A program made the translations under genes and the position numbers. This document shows positions 19,108-29,568 of a stretch of DNA of 64,000 nucleotides, piece by piece. Each line of letters starts with the position of its first letter. Position 1 is the first letter of the stretch. The DNA lies in contig CANNQU010000004.1 of assembly GCA_947507965.1 (NCBI GenBank), positions 15,652 to 79,651 of the forward strand. The letters run 5' to 3'. The notes under the pieces are model-generated. The model searched no databases, was not told the DNA's origin, and was given only the letters and a program-made list of their open reading frames with translations. The DNA is from Bacteroidota bacterium (GTDB lineage: Bacteria; Bacteroidota; Bacteroidia; UKL13-3).

Positions 19108-20781
19108 CTACTCTTTTTGAGCGTATTTTAAGATTAAAATATTTTGAGCGTTTGGTAATACACCACGTATATTGTTCTGAATTAATCGAAATGTCTTATC
19201 GTAAAACAGTGTAACTACCGGAGCATTGGCGATGAGGATGTTTTCCATTTCAGCATAATAATTATAAAGCATACGGTCGTTTGTTTCCTGCACCACTTTT
19301 TCATATAAAGCATCGTACTCCTTATTCTTAAAGTGTGTATAATTGGGCCCATCAGGACAAAAATTTCTGCTGTAAAATACGCCGAGATAATTTTCCGGGT
19401 CAGGGTAATCGGCAATCCAGGAGGCTCGAAAAAACAAGGCACGACCTTTATTGATAAGCCCGCGGTTGAAGCTGTTTTGGTTAACTTCGATTTTTAATAC
19501 GACCCCAATTTTTGCCAATTGATTTTGTATCAATACCGCCATATCCAGATATTGTTGTACGGTGTAAAGGGGTAATTCTGTTTTCTTATTTTGAAGGCCC
19601 GCCTGTTGCATATAGTAATTTGCAGAATCTAAATTAAAGGGGTATCCTACTATATTTTTTTCGTCGAGCAACGGAAATCCGGTCGGTGTAAATCCTCTAT
19701 TGGCGGGCGTTCCAATGTTATTGCGCAAATAGCTCACCAACGCATTACGATTGATGGCGAAGCTTATCGCTTTTCTAAAATTCACATCTCCCGTAGCGTT
19801 TTCTTTTACCAACGCAGAGGTATCATCGACCAAAAAACCCATATACTCTGTATTTAGATACGGATTGCTTTGCAAGATGAATTGGTGAAGATATTTTGCT
19901 TTCAACGTTCCATCTTTATGCAATACCTCATCCTTGAAATTACTTTCCAAACCGTTAAAGAAATCCAGATCACCTTTTGTAAATGCTAAGAAGGCCGCTA
20001 GTTTGTTATCGATAAAAGAGATCGAGACGGCATCGAGGTATGGAAGTTTCGTTCCGACGCTGTCAGACTCAAAATAAGTTTTATTTTTATGTAAGATTAG
20101 TTTCACCCCCTCATCCCATAAAAAAAATTCGAATGGACCGGTCCCAACCGGATGGCTTCGAAAATCTTTACCCCACATGGAAACACTTTCGTGGGGCACT
20201 ACAGCGCAATAACTTTGTGTAAGTAATTTTAAAAACGGACTATACGGTTGTTTTAGTTTTATGATAAAGGTGGTGTCGTTTTTTGCTTCAAAACCGCCCT
20301 CTGTTGCCTCTCTATCCACCATCGCTAATACCCAGGCTCCCGGCGAGGCTAGCTTTTTATCCAAGAGGCGTTCGAAACTATATTTGAAATCATTGGCGGT
20401 AACGGCTCTCCCTTTACTATAGGTATCTTGATGAAAATGAACGTCGTTGCGCAAATGAAAAGTATAGTTAGTTTTTTCTTCATTCACTTCCCAGCTTTTT
20501 GCAATGCACGGCATTATTTGCATCTTTTCATTCATCTGCACCAAGCCATTAAACAGTTGATTGATAAGCCACGTATTAGGCTGTGTTCTAGCAAAAGCCG
20601 GATCGAGGGATGTGAGTTGCCCATCTTCATTATAACGAAATACATTGTTTTCGTTATGCAAGTTGTTATGGCATGAAAAAAAACAAAGAGATAGCACCAC
20701 CAATAATTTCAGGAGTGCGTTGGCAATGGCTATTTCAAAATAAAACAGGCCAGAATGAAGGTTTGCTTTCTTGAGATTCAC
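19108..20781 (-). CDS. ABC transporter substrate-binding lipoprotein, family 5 (true start may lie downstream)
   Basis: Lipobox-like FFSC; SLDPA, LFNGLV, YTFHLR, PVGTGPF, WIADYPDPEN. Confidence 0.88.
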   Translation of the reverse strand: MNLKKANLHSGLFYFEIAIANALLKLLVVLSLCFFSCHNNLHNENNVFRYNEDGQLTSLDPAFARTQPNTWLINQLFNGLVQMNEKMQIMPCIAKSWEVNEEKTNYTFHLRNDVHFHQDTYSKGRAVTANDFKYSFERLLDKKLASPGAWVLAMVDREATEGGFEAKNDTTFIIKLKQPYSPFLKLLTQSYCAVVPHESVSMWGKDFRSHPVGTGPFEFFLWDEGVKLILHKNKTYFESDSVGTKLPYLDAVSISFIDNKLAAFLAFTKGDLDFFNGLESNFKDEVLHKDGTLKAKYLHQFILQSNPYLNTEYMGFLVDDTSALVKENATGDVNFRKAISFAINRNALVSYLRNNIGTPANRGFTPTGFPLLDEKNIVGYPFNLDSANYYMQQAGLQNKKTELPLYTVQQYLDMAVLIQNQLAKIGVVLKIEVNQNSFNRGLINKGRALFFRASWIADYPDPENYLGVFYSRNFCPDGPNYTHFKNKEYDALYEKVVQETNDRMLYNYYAEMENILIANAPVVTLFYDKTFRLIQNNIRGVLPNAQNILILKYAQKE

Positions 20782-20860
20782 ACAGGATAAAAATCAAAAA
20801 TATTATAAAATAAGCGATTAACATTTTTTTACTTTTAAACATCTTATTTTTGAAATCGAA

Positions 20861-21298
20861 ATGAAATATTTATCATGGTTATTTTTTCTCTTATCAGTAG
20901 GAGTGCTCTCAGCACAAGATGCTATAGAAGTTACGGTTGGCGACAGTGTTGAACTCCTAAAACCGGCCTATACTACCAACTATAAAAATATTGATTACAT
21001 CGTGAAAACACGATGGGTAGATACCAGTACCGATTGGCAATGGGAGACGGGCGTTGATTTTTATGAATTTTTTTTTAGCAAAGGCGATTTCGACGGGAAG
21101 CGTTGTCCAATAACACATCAAGGCACCAAGGCACGCATCAGTGCCATACAACATTACCCCGACACCACCGGTAAAACGTCGGGTCGCACGGTATTTATGT
21201 GTACTCCTAGCTGGAACAAAAGGGCCATGTTTTGGGTAGAAGCTGAAGCCGCGTTAGAAGACGTGGAAGTGAGGGTGATGCATCGGAGAAGGAAGTAA
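20861..21298 (+). CDS. Exported hypothetical protein
   Basis: Clean signal peptide (MKYLSWLFFLLSVGVLSA-Q); TATTTTTG -7 element upstream. Confidence 0.7.
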   Translation: MKYLSWLFFLLSVGVLSAQDAIEVTVGDSVELLKPAYTTNYKNIDYIVKTRWVDTSTDWQWETGVDFYEFFFSKGDFDGKRCPITHQGTKARISAIQHYPDTTGKTSGRTVFMCTPSWNKRAMFWVEAEAALEDVEVRVMHRRRK

Positions 21299-21411
21299 GC
21301 ATTGTTTTCCTTCTATATCCTTTTCTTTGGCTAAAAGGGTTCAATTACCTTTGGTGAGGCTGCGCTAAGGACAATCACACAAGGCCAACGGTAGTTTTGA
21401 AGAAGGCACAT

Positions 21412-22695
21412 TTAGTATCCATACTTTTCTTTCCAGAGATTCCTTAGGTTGCCGCTAATTTCGTTCTCTCGTTGGTTTTTTCCGGGCTGGTACAATGTTG
21501 TACCTGTAATGCTTGCGGGAAGGAATTCAAGATCGGTGAAATTGTTTTCATAAGAATGGGCATATTTATATTCTTTCCCATAATTTATATCTTTCATTAA
21601 TTTAGTGGGAGCATTTCGGAGGTGCAATGGCACGGGTGCATCTCCCGTTTCTCGTACTAAACGTAATGCATTTTCGATGGCCATATAGGCGCTATTACTT
21701 TTCGGTGAGGTAGCCAAATATAGGGCACCATGCGATAAAATAATACGGGCCTCCGGCATACCGATGGCGTGAACAGCAGTATATACATTATTGGCTATGA
21801 CCAGTGCCGTTGGGTTGGCCATTCCAATATCTTCACTTGCCAAAATGAGCATACGGCGAGCAATAAACAAAGGATCCTCGCCACCTTCAAGCATACGAGC
21901 TAAATAATATACTGCCGCATTGGGGTCGCTTCCCCGCATCGATTTAATAAAGGCAGAGATGATATCATAATGTTGCTCACCACTTTTATCATATAATGCC
22001 ATTTTTTGCTGCACTATATTTTCAACCAACTCATTTGTGATGTTTTTATCTCCTCTATTTTCAATGCCACTCACCACGATTTCCAGTACATTAAGAAGCT
22101 TACGCGCATCACCACCACTTAATTTTAACAACGCTTCATTTTCTTTGATGGTAACCTGCTGAGAGGCAAGCCAGGCATCGCGCTCAAACGCTTGCTTTAA
22201 TAGCAATTCGAGATCTTGTTGTTGCAAATGTTGTAAAATGTAAACCTGGCATCTGGAAAGCAACGCCGCATTTACTTCGAAGGATGGGTTCTCTGTGGTG
22301 GCTCCTATTAAGGTAACGGTTCCTTTTTCAACGACACCCAACAAAGCATCCTGTTGCGATTTATTAAAACGATGTATTTCATCTATAAATAAAATAGGTC
22401 GTACCTTTGAAGCGAATAAATCGTGTGCGTTTGTTTTTTCAATTACTTCACGTATTTCTTTTACCCCAGAGTTGATGGCACTTAAGCCAAAGAAGGGCCG
22501 TTTTAAGGTACGTGCAATAATATTAGCAAGGGTTGTTTTACCGACTCCTGGCGGCCCCCAGAAAATCATACTCATGATATTACCACTTTCAATAGCATTG
22601 CGTAATACAGCACCATTGCCAATTAAATGTTGTTGCCCCACTACGTCATCCAACTGATTTGGGCGCATACGCTCGGCTAATGGGATAGGTTGCAT
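21412..22695 (-). CDS. rarA: Replication-associated recombination protein A
   Basis: PLAERMRP, GPPGVGKT, IDEIHRFNKSQQD, SAFIKSMRGSD, VPLHLRNAP. Confidence 0.96.
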   Translation of the reverse strand: MQPIPLAERMRPNQLDDVVGQQHLIGNGAVLRNAIESGNIMSMIFWGPPGVGKTTLANIIARTLKRPFFGLSAINSGVKEIREVIEKTNAHDLFASKVRPILFIDEIHRFNKSQQDALLGVVEKGTVTLIGATTENPSFEVNAALLSRCQVYILQHLQQQDLELLLKQAFERDAWLASQQVTIKENEALLKLSGGDARKLLNVLEIVVSGIENRGDKNITNELVENIVQQKMALYDKSGEQHYDIISAFIKSMRGSDPNAAVYYLARMLEGGEDPLFIARRMLILASEDIGMANPTALVIANNVYTAVHAIGMPEARIILSHGALYLATSPKSNSAYMAIENALRLVRETGDAPVPLHLRNAPTKLMKDINYGKEYKYAHSYENNFTDLEFLPASITGTTLYQPGKNQRENEISGNLRNLWKEKYGY

Positions 22696-22861
22696 TGCAG
22701 CAAAGATAATTGAAGTGAGACACTTACAAACAGATCCTCAAAAATACACCGTAGGGTTAGTAAATTAAGAGGCTACCGAAAACGGTGCTGGTGTAATTCC
22801 GTTGGTATAATGGAGAAAAGAAGCATCGACGCTGATGTCTAAATTGCTAATTTTAGTTCAG

Positions 22862-22878
22862 ATGAAACGTTACATTTG
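22862..22878 (+). promoter_or_regulatory. Palindromic operator-like site overlapping a -7 element
   Basis: ATGAAACGTTACAT (one mismatched pair, central CG) overlaps TACATTTG. Confidence 0.45.
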
Positions 22879-22943
22879 TTCATAACTGAAACATTTTACA
22901 CGAAAGCGTAAAATTATATTTGTACAAATACGTTCGGAATATA

Positions 22944-25844
22944 ATGCATGCTTCAAAATTTTATTTAAAATACACATTCACTTTTTTATTTTGTCTTTTC
23001 TCTTCTGCGCTTCTTGGCCAGGAACACCCTTGTAAGGCTTATAATAATTGGGCCGACAGTATTTTGCAGGCCATGACTCTGGAAGAAAAAATAGGGCAAC
23101 TCTTTATGGTCTCGGCCACCTCTGCGAAAGAAGATTTGCTGACGGTAGACCATTTGATAAAGAGCTATCATGTAGGAGGAGTTATCTTTTTTAAAGGCAG
23201 TCCAGTGAAACAGATAGAACAAACAAACTATTATCAGAGCATATCTAAAACACCGTTATTTATTGCAATCGATGGAGAGTGGGGTTTAAATATGCGTTTG
23301 GAGAATACGCCTAACTTTACCAAGCAAATGCAACTGGGTGCCATGCGAAACGATAGCCTGGTATATGCCATGGGGAAAGAGATAGGACGTGAATGCCGGC
23401 GCATGGGAATCAATATCAACTTCGCACCAGATGTCGATATCAACAACAATCCGTTGAATCCAATTATTGGCGACCGTTCTTTTGGAGAAGAAAGAGACCG
23501 TGTGGCAAAGTACAGTGCAGCCTATATGCGTGGCATGCAAGAAGCCCACGTGATAGCATCGGCAAAGCATTTTCCGGGACACGGCGATGTGACGGTAGAT
23601 TCCCACAAAGACCTTCCTGTACTCTATAAAACAATGGAGCAGTTGGACTCGCTCGAATTGTATCCCTTTCGATACCTATGTGAACAAGGTGTGATGAGCG
23701 TTATGGTAGCCCACATAAATATGCCATGCCTCGATAGTACCCCCAATATCCCAGCTACCTTATCACCTATCGTTGTCACCGATTTGTTACGTGAGAAATT
23801 GAAGTTTAACGGGTTGATTTTTACCGATGCCCTGAACATGAAAGGGGTCACCAAATATTTCAATGGAGGCGACGCCGAATGGCTTGCCTTACGGGCAGGT
23901 GCCGATGTTTTATTATGTGTTGACGAAGTAGGAATTGCATACAACAGAATAATAAGCGCCTTAGACAGTAATCTTATCACGGAAAAAGAGATAGATGCCC
24001 ATGTACTTCGAATTTTAAATGCAAAATACTGGTGTGGATTAAAAAATAATTTGCCGATTGATACGGTTTGTATCATCGATGATTTAAACACCCCACGAAC
24101 GAAATTACTCATTCAACAAATGGCCGATGCCTCGGTATGTATTGTAACCAATAGGCAACAATTACTTCCGATAACAAAAAAAGCGGGTTTAAAAATAGCC
24201 AGTTTAGTTATTGGAGATAAAAAAGAGAATTTTTTTCAGGTTCAATTAAAGCATTATGCTAAGATGGACGTTTATGCTACCGACAAGAATTTCAGCAAAT
24301 CGGAGGTAAATTTCTGGATGAAGAAATTGGCTTTGTATGATGTCGTCATCGTGAGTATTCATGGTACCAGCAGGTATTTTACTAAGGAATATGGCATCAC
24401 TGAAAGCGAATCGAAATTTGTAAATGCACTATGTAAAAAGAAAAAAACGATTCTCGTTGATTTTGCCAATGCGTATAGCCTGGCCGAGTTTAACGATGCT
24501 AAAAACGTAGTCGTCGCTTTTGAGGAAACGGAGAATAACATGCTTACGGCGGCACAATTAATTTTTGGCCTGAAACCCTCATTAGGTAGCCTACCAGTTA
24601 ACGTCAATAAAAATTATGTGTTGCATCAAACGGTGAACACAACGGCCATGCAAGGAATGCAGTACACGGTTCCTGAAGCGGTGCAATTAAATAGTAAAAT
24701 ACTGAATACGATTGACACGATTGCCTTATGGGCCATCAAAGAAAAGGTGTTTCCGGGATGCCAGATTTTAGTTGCTAAAGACGGCATGATCTGTTATGAA
24801 AAATCTTTTGGTTCATTTACGTATGAGATCGATACAGAGCGGGTAAGAAACGATCATTTGTTCGACTTGGCATCGGTTACTAAAGTGGCGGCAACGAACC
24901 TCGCCATCATGAAGCTTTACGAAGATAAAAAGATAGATTTAAACCAGAAACTCTCGTTCTATTTGCCAGAACTAAAAGCAACAAACAAAAATATGATCAC
25001 CATTCGTCAGGTGCTCTTGCATGAAGCTGGATTGAAAGCCTGGATTCCATTTTATACCGAGGCGTTAAAAGATACGAGTGTATTTAAGAGAACCCCGGAT
25101 AAAAAATACAACATAAAGGTAGCCGACAGCATGTATCTGCGGGCAAATTATATGGAGGTGATTTGGAAGGCGATTTATAAAAGCCCGGTGGCTCCGGCAG
25201 GCAAATATCTGTATAGCGACCTCGACTTTATTTTATTGAAGAAGCTGGTAGAGAAACAAACTGGACAAGATTTCGAGAAGTATCTCAACAAAACTTTTTA
25301 TCAGCCTCTAGGCCTTACTACCACTGGCTTTAATCCACTACGTTTTTATACAAAGGAAGATATTGTGCCAACCCAAAACGACACTGTTTTTCGCAAACAA
25401 CTTTTACAAGGTTATGTACACGATCCAGGAGCCGCCTTATTTGGCGGTGTTTCGGGCCATGCCGGGCTCTTTAGCAATGCCTATGATTTAAGTATTATTT
25501 TCCAGATGTTATTAAACAAAGGGAGTTATAATAGCATCCAATATTTCCGTCCGGAAACGGTGGAATTGTTTACCTCATACCAATCGCTTACCAGCCGTCG
25601 TGGCCTGGGATTTGATAAGCAGAAACGTAAACCTACGGATGCCGATGTGATGTATAGCGGAGCAAGTACCTTGACATTTGGTCATACCGGCTTTACCGGT
25701 ATCAGTGTATGGGCCGACCCGAAGTATAATTTAGTTTTTGTGTTTCTCAGCAATCGCGTATATCCCAATCAGGAGAACGACAAAATCATCAAACTAAGCG
25801 TACGGAGTAAAATGCAACAAATTATTTATGAGGCAATGAAATGA
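22944..25844 (+). CDS. GH3 beta-N-acetylglucosaminidase fused to a beta-lactamase-like serine hydrolase
   Basis: AIDGEWG, KHFPGHGD..VDSH and FTDAL (GH3 NagZ-like); LASVTK, YSD and HTG (SxxK family). ATG 22944 preferred because TATATTTG overlaps the upstream TTG. Confidence 0.92.
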   Translation: MHASKFYLKYTFTFLFCLFSSALLGQEHPCKAYNNWADSILQAMTLEEKIGQLFMVSATSAKEDLLTVDHLIKSYHVGGVIFFKGSPVKQIEQTNYYQSISKTPLFIAIDGEWGLNMRLENTPNFTKQMQLGAMRNDSLVYAMGKEIGRECRRMGININFAPDVDINNNPLNPIIGDRSFGEERDRVAKYSAAYMRGMQEAHVIASAKHFPGHGDVTVDSHKDLPVLYKTMEQLDSLELYPFRYLCEQGVMSVMVAHINMPCLDSTPNIPATLSPIVVTDLLREKLKFNGLIFTDALNMKGVTKYFNGGDAEWLALRAGADVLLCVDEVGIAYNRIISALDSNLITEKEIDAHVLRILNAKYWCGLKNNLPIDTVCIIDDLNTPRTKLLIQQMADASVCIVTNRQQLLPITKKAGLKIASLVIGDKKENFFQVQLKHYAKMDVYATDKNFSKSEVNFWMKKLALYDVVIVSIHGTSRYFTKEYGITESESKFVNALCKKKKTILVDFANAYSLAEFNDAKNVVVAFEETENNMLTAAQLIFGLKPSLGSLPVNVNKNYVLHQTVNTTAMQGMQYTVPEAVQLNSKILNTIDTIALWAIKEKVFPGCQILVAKDGMICYEKSFGSFTYEIDTERVRNDHLFDLASVTKVAATNLAIMKLYEDKKIDLNQKLSFYLPELKATNKNMITIRQVLLHEAGLKAWIPFYTEALKDTSVFKRTPDKKYNIKVADSMYLRANYMEVIWKAIYKSPVAPAGKYLYSDLDFILLKKLVEKQTGQDFEKYLNKTFYQPLGLTTTGFNPLRFYTKEDIVPTQNDTVFRKQLLQGYVHDPGAALFGGVSGHAGLFSNAYDLSIIFQMLLNKGSYNSIQYFRPETVELFTSYQSLTSRRGLGFDKQKRKPTDADVMYSGASTLTFGHTGFTGISVWADPKYNLVFVFLSNRVYPNQENDKIIKLSVRSKMQQIIYEAMK

Positions 25845-25978
25845 GTCGTAAATCCGCCTCAATGTCAGCTTCCAAGCATATAATCAAGCAATATTGGCCC
25901 AGTTTTTAGTTTAGCCAAATTATTGTATTTCCGTTATCTTTGAAATCTTTTATTAATTTAATCTATTAAACGCAATTT

Positions 25979-28900
25979 ATGGTAGGAGCACTAGGAAGAA
26001 TATTTGGAAAAATATTTGGAAATAAAGCCGACAAAGACTTTAAAGAATTAAGCCCCTTCGTTGGTAAAATAAACGATGAATACGATAAACTGCAAAGTTT
26101 AAGTCATGATGAATTACGTGGGAAAACCTCTTCCTTCAAGGCATTGATCAAAGAATCGTTGAGCGAAATAACGCAGAATATAAATGACCTTAAAGCGAAA
26201 GCGGATAATCCCGACGTTGATGTAAATGAAAAAGAGGATTTCTTTAAGGAAGTAGAAAAGCTGGAGAAAGACCGTTTGACACTCTTGGAAGAGGTGCTTT
26301 TGGAGCTACTGCCAGAGGCTTTTGCCGTGATGAAGGAAACTTCCCGTCGCTTTTCTGAAAACGAGATTTTAGAGGTAACAGCCCAGGATTTTGACAAAGA
26401 CCTTTCTACTAAAAAAGACTTTGTTTCCATACAAGGCGACAAAGCCTTTTGGAAGAATTCGTGGGATGCTGCCGGGATCTTGGTCAATTGGAAGATGGTT
26501 CACTATGACGTCCAACTTATTGGCGGTACGGTGCTTCATAAAGGAAAAATTGCCGAGATGGCAACCGGTGAAGGAAAAACACTAGTCTCTACTTTGCCCG
26601 CATACCTCAATGCCCTAGCAGGTTTCGGTGTACATATTGTAACCGTAAATGATTATCTCGCCCGACGTGATAGTGAATGGAATGGCCCGCTGTTTCAGTT
26701 TCATGGCTTGGCCGTTGATTGTATCGATCTGCACCCATCTAACAGTGACGCTCGTCGTAAAGCGTATCAAGCCGATATTATTTATGGCACCAACAACGAA
26801 TTTGGTTTCGATTATTTGCGTGATAATATGGCCACCAGCAAAGAAGATATTGTTCAAGGGCATCTTCATTATGCTATGGTGGATGAGGTAGATAGTGTGT
26901 TGATTGACGATGCAAGAACACCCTTAATTATATCCGGCCCTATTCCCAAGGGCGATGAGCAAGAATTTTATGAGTTAAAGCCACGTATCGAAAAAGTAGT
27001 AGAAGCACAAAAAAGATATTTGAATACCTGTTTGGTGGATGCAAAGAAGCATTGGGAACAAGGCAAGCAAGATTTAGCCGCGATGCCACTCATACGCTGT
27101 TACCGCGGAATGCCAAAAAACAAAGCATTCATTAAGTTTATGGGCGAGTCGGGTGTAAAGCAATTCCTATTGAAAACGGAAGGGTACTACATGCAGGATA
27201 ATTACAAGGAGATGCCTAAAGTAGATGTGGAACTTTACTATGTGATAGATGAAAAAAATAATAACTGCGAGCTTACCGATAAAGGTATTGAAGCGATCAC
27301 TTCTTCAGGCGAAGACAAGCAGTTCTTTATTTTGCCCGACGTGGGGAGTATTATTGCCGAAATAGAAAAGTCGGCCGACACGCACGAAGAAAAAGTACAT
27401 AAAAAGGAAGAAGTGCTGTTGCAGTTTTCGAATAAGAGTGAGCGCATCCATACCATCAATCAGTTGCTTAAAGCCTATAATATGTTTGAGCGCGATGTAG
27501 AATATATTATTGAAGAAGGGAAAATAAAAATCGTCGACGAGCAAACCGGTCGTGTACTCGACGGTCGTCGTTACAGCGATGGTTTGCATCAGGCCATTGA
27601 AGCGAAAGAGAATGTGAAAGTGGAAGATGCCACGCAGACGTTTGCTACCATCACCCTTCAAAATTATTTCAGGATGTATCATAAACTGGCTGGGATGACT
27701 GGTACTGCCGAGACAGAAGCGAGTGAGTTATGGGAAATTTATAAGTTGGACGTAGTGGTAATTCCAACGAATAAGCCGACCTCGAGAGCAGATAAAAATG
27801 ATAAAGTGTATAAAACACGCCGTGCAAAATTCAAGGCAGTAATCGATGAAATTGAACGGTTGCGAAACGAAGGCCGTCCGATATTAGTAGGTACCACGAG
27901 CGTGGAAATTAGCGAGCAGTTGAGCAGGATGCTTCAAATAAAAAAGGTGCCACATAATGTACTCAATGCCAAACAACACCAAAGAGAAGCAGAGATTGTG
28001 CAGATGGCCGGGCAGGTAGGGCAAGTTACCATTGCCACCAATATGGCAGGCCGTGGAACGGATATAAAACTTACCGATGAGACGAAGAAATCGGGTGGAT
28101 TGGCCATTATTGGTACCGAGCGGCACGAGAGTCGCCGTGTAGACAGGCAGCTACGGGGGCGTTCGGGACGACAAGGCGACCCGGGCACCTCTCAGTTTTT
28201 TGTGAGTCTGGAAGACGATTTGATGCGTTTGTTTGGCAGCGACAGGATGAGCAGGGTTATGGATCGGTTCAATATCCCTGAAGACGAAGTGATAGAAAAC
28301 GGAATCATCACGCGCCAAATCGAAGGCTCGCAAAAGAAAGTAGAACAGAATAACTTTGGTTCACGTAAGCACCTGTTGGAATATGATGATGTAATGAACA
28401 ACCAGCGTAACGTGGTGTACACAAAACGACGTAATGCATTGTTTGGCGATAAACTTGCGATAGATATTGTAGAAAGCATTTATACTTTTTGTGGAGATTT
28501 AGTTGAAGAATATAAGCCTACCAATAATTTTGAAGGCTTCGAAATGGAACTGCTGACGTTATTGGCTACAGAACCTAATTTTGATGCTGTTTATTTTGGA
28601 AATAATAAAGCCGAGACCATCACCGAGAAACTGTATGATCACTTATGTGAAATATATAAAAAACATGCAGAGCAGATAGCAACTCAAAGCTACCCTACGA
28701 TTAAACAGGTGTATGAAGATCGCGGGCAACAATACGAGAATATTTTAGTTCCGTTTAGTGATGGCACCAAGAGTGTGAATGTAATTGCCCCGTTGCGCAA
28801 GTCGTATGAGACCAAAGGGAAGGAAGTGTTTTTGAGTTTCGAAAAGATGGTGATGTTAAGTTTCATTGATGATGCATGGAAAGAACATTTACGCGATCTC

Positions 28901-29293
28901 GACGATTTAAAGCAGGCCGTACGCAACGCCCATTTAGAGCAAAAAGACCCCTTGCTGATTTATAAATTGGAATCGTTCAAGTTATTTAATTTAATGATGG
29001 CCAAGATCAATAAGAATGTTTTGCCGATGTTCTTCCGCGGGCATATTGAAAATAGCTCGAACCAGCCGCAGGTAAGCAACGCACCGGCCCGTAGAAGCAG
29101 CAATATGAATAAGTTGAAACTGTCACGTGAAAGCGATATCCCACAGTTGCAAACGCCGCAGGATGTTCACCCTACCGGAGCAGACCAGGAAAAGGTAGCC
29201 CCAATAAAAGTAGGTCCCAAAGTGGGTCGTAATGATGCCTGCCCTTGCGGTAGTGGGAAAAAATACAAGAACTGCCACGGGAAGGAAGAGTAA
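25979..29293 (+). CDS. secA: Preprotein translocase subunit SecA
   Basis: MATGEGKT, VDEVDS, IATNMAGRGTDI, QLRGRSGRQGD, C-terminal GRNDACPCGSGKKYKNCH. Confidence 0.98.
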   Translation: MVGALGRIFGKIFGNKADKDFKELSPFVGKINDEYDKLQSLSHDELRGKTSSFKALIKESLSEITQNINDLKAKADNPDVDVNEKEDFFKEVEKLEKDRLTLLEEVLLELLPEAFAVMKETSRRFSENEILEVTAQDFDKDLSTKKDFVSIQGDKAFWKNSWDAAGILVNWKMVHYDVQLIGGTVLHKGKIAEMATGEGKTLVSTLPAYLNALAGFGVHIVTVNDYLARRDSEWNGPLFQFHGLAVDCIDLHPSNSDARRKAYQADIIYGTNNEFGFDYLRDNMATSKEDIVQGHLHYAMVDEVDSVLIDDARTPLIISGPIPKGDEQEFYELKPRIEKVVEAQKRYLNTCLVDAKKHWEQGKQDLAAMPLIRCYRGMPKNKAFIKFMGESGVKQFLLKTEGYYMQDNYKEMPKVDVELYYVIDEKNNNCELTDKGIEAITSSGEDKQFFILPDVGSIIAEIEKSADTHEEKVHKKEEVLLQFSNKSERIHTINQLLKAYNMFERDVEYIIEEGKIKIVDEQTGRVLDGRRYSDGLHQAIEAKENVKVEDATQTFATITLQNYFRMYHKLAGMTGTAETEASELWEIYKLDVVVIPTNKPTSRADKNDKVYKTRRAKFKAVIDEIERLRNEGRPILVGTTSVEISEQLSRMLQIKKVPHNVLNAKQHQREAEIVQMAGQVGQVTIATNMAGRGTDIKLTDETKKSGGLAIIGTERHESRRVDRQLRGRSGRQGDPGTSQFFVSLEDDLMRLFGSDRMSRVMDRFNIPEDEVIENGIITRQIEGSQKKVEQNNFGSRKHLLEYDDVMNNQRNVVYTKRRNALFGDKLAIDIVESIYTFCGDLVEEYKPTNNFEGFEMELLTLLATEPNFDAVYFGNNKAETITEKLYDHLCEIYKKHAEQIATQSYPTIKQVYEDRGQQYENILVPFSDGTKSVNVIAPLRKSYETKGKEVFLSFEKMVMLSFIDDAWKEHLRDLDDLKQAVRNAHLEQKDPLLIYKLESFKLFNLMMAKINKNVLPMFFRGHIENSSNQPQVSNAPARRSSNMNKLKLSRESDIPQLQTPQDVHPTGADQEKVAPIKVGPKVGRNDACPCGSGKKYKNCHGKEE

Positions 29294-29568
29294 AGCGACA
29301 TGCGCCTTGAGACTAAGGTCTTGTGTTTAGAGTACCTTTCCGGGCTCCATTCGGTATTCAGTTTTAATGGAAACAGTAGTATAGAATACCTAATACATGG
29401 TTATGTACAAATACTAACAGCCCTGCATTTTATAATGTGGTGAATTCTGCAGATCAAAAAATAAATGCGTATGAAATAAAAATTCTTCCAATTTTTTCTC
29501 TACACTTGCAATTCACTTCGGCATCTGGATTTCGTTTGTAGGGGTGCCATTTTAAACTAAATCAAATC

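Noticed and set aside
29294-29568. CCGGGCTCCA after secA as a possible tRNA 3' end or att site
   Set aside because: No T-loop or cloverleaf, and no second copy found.
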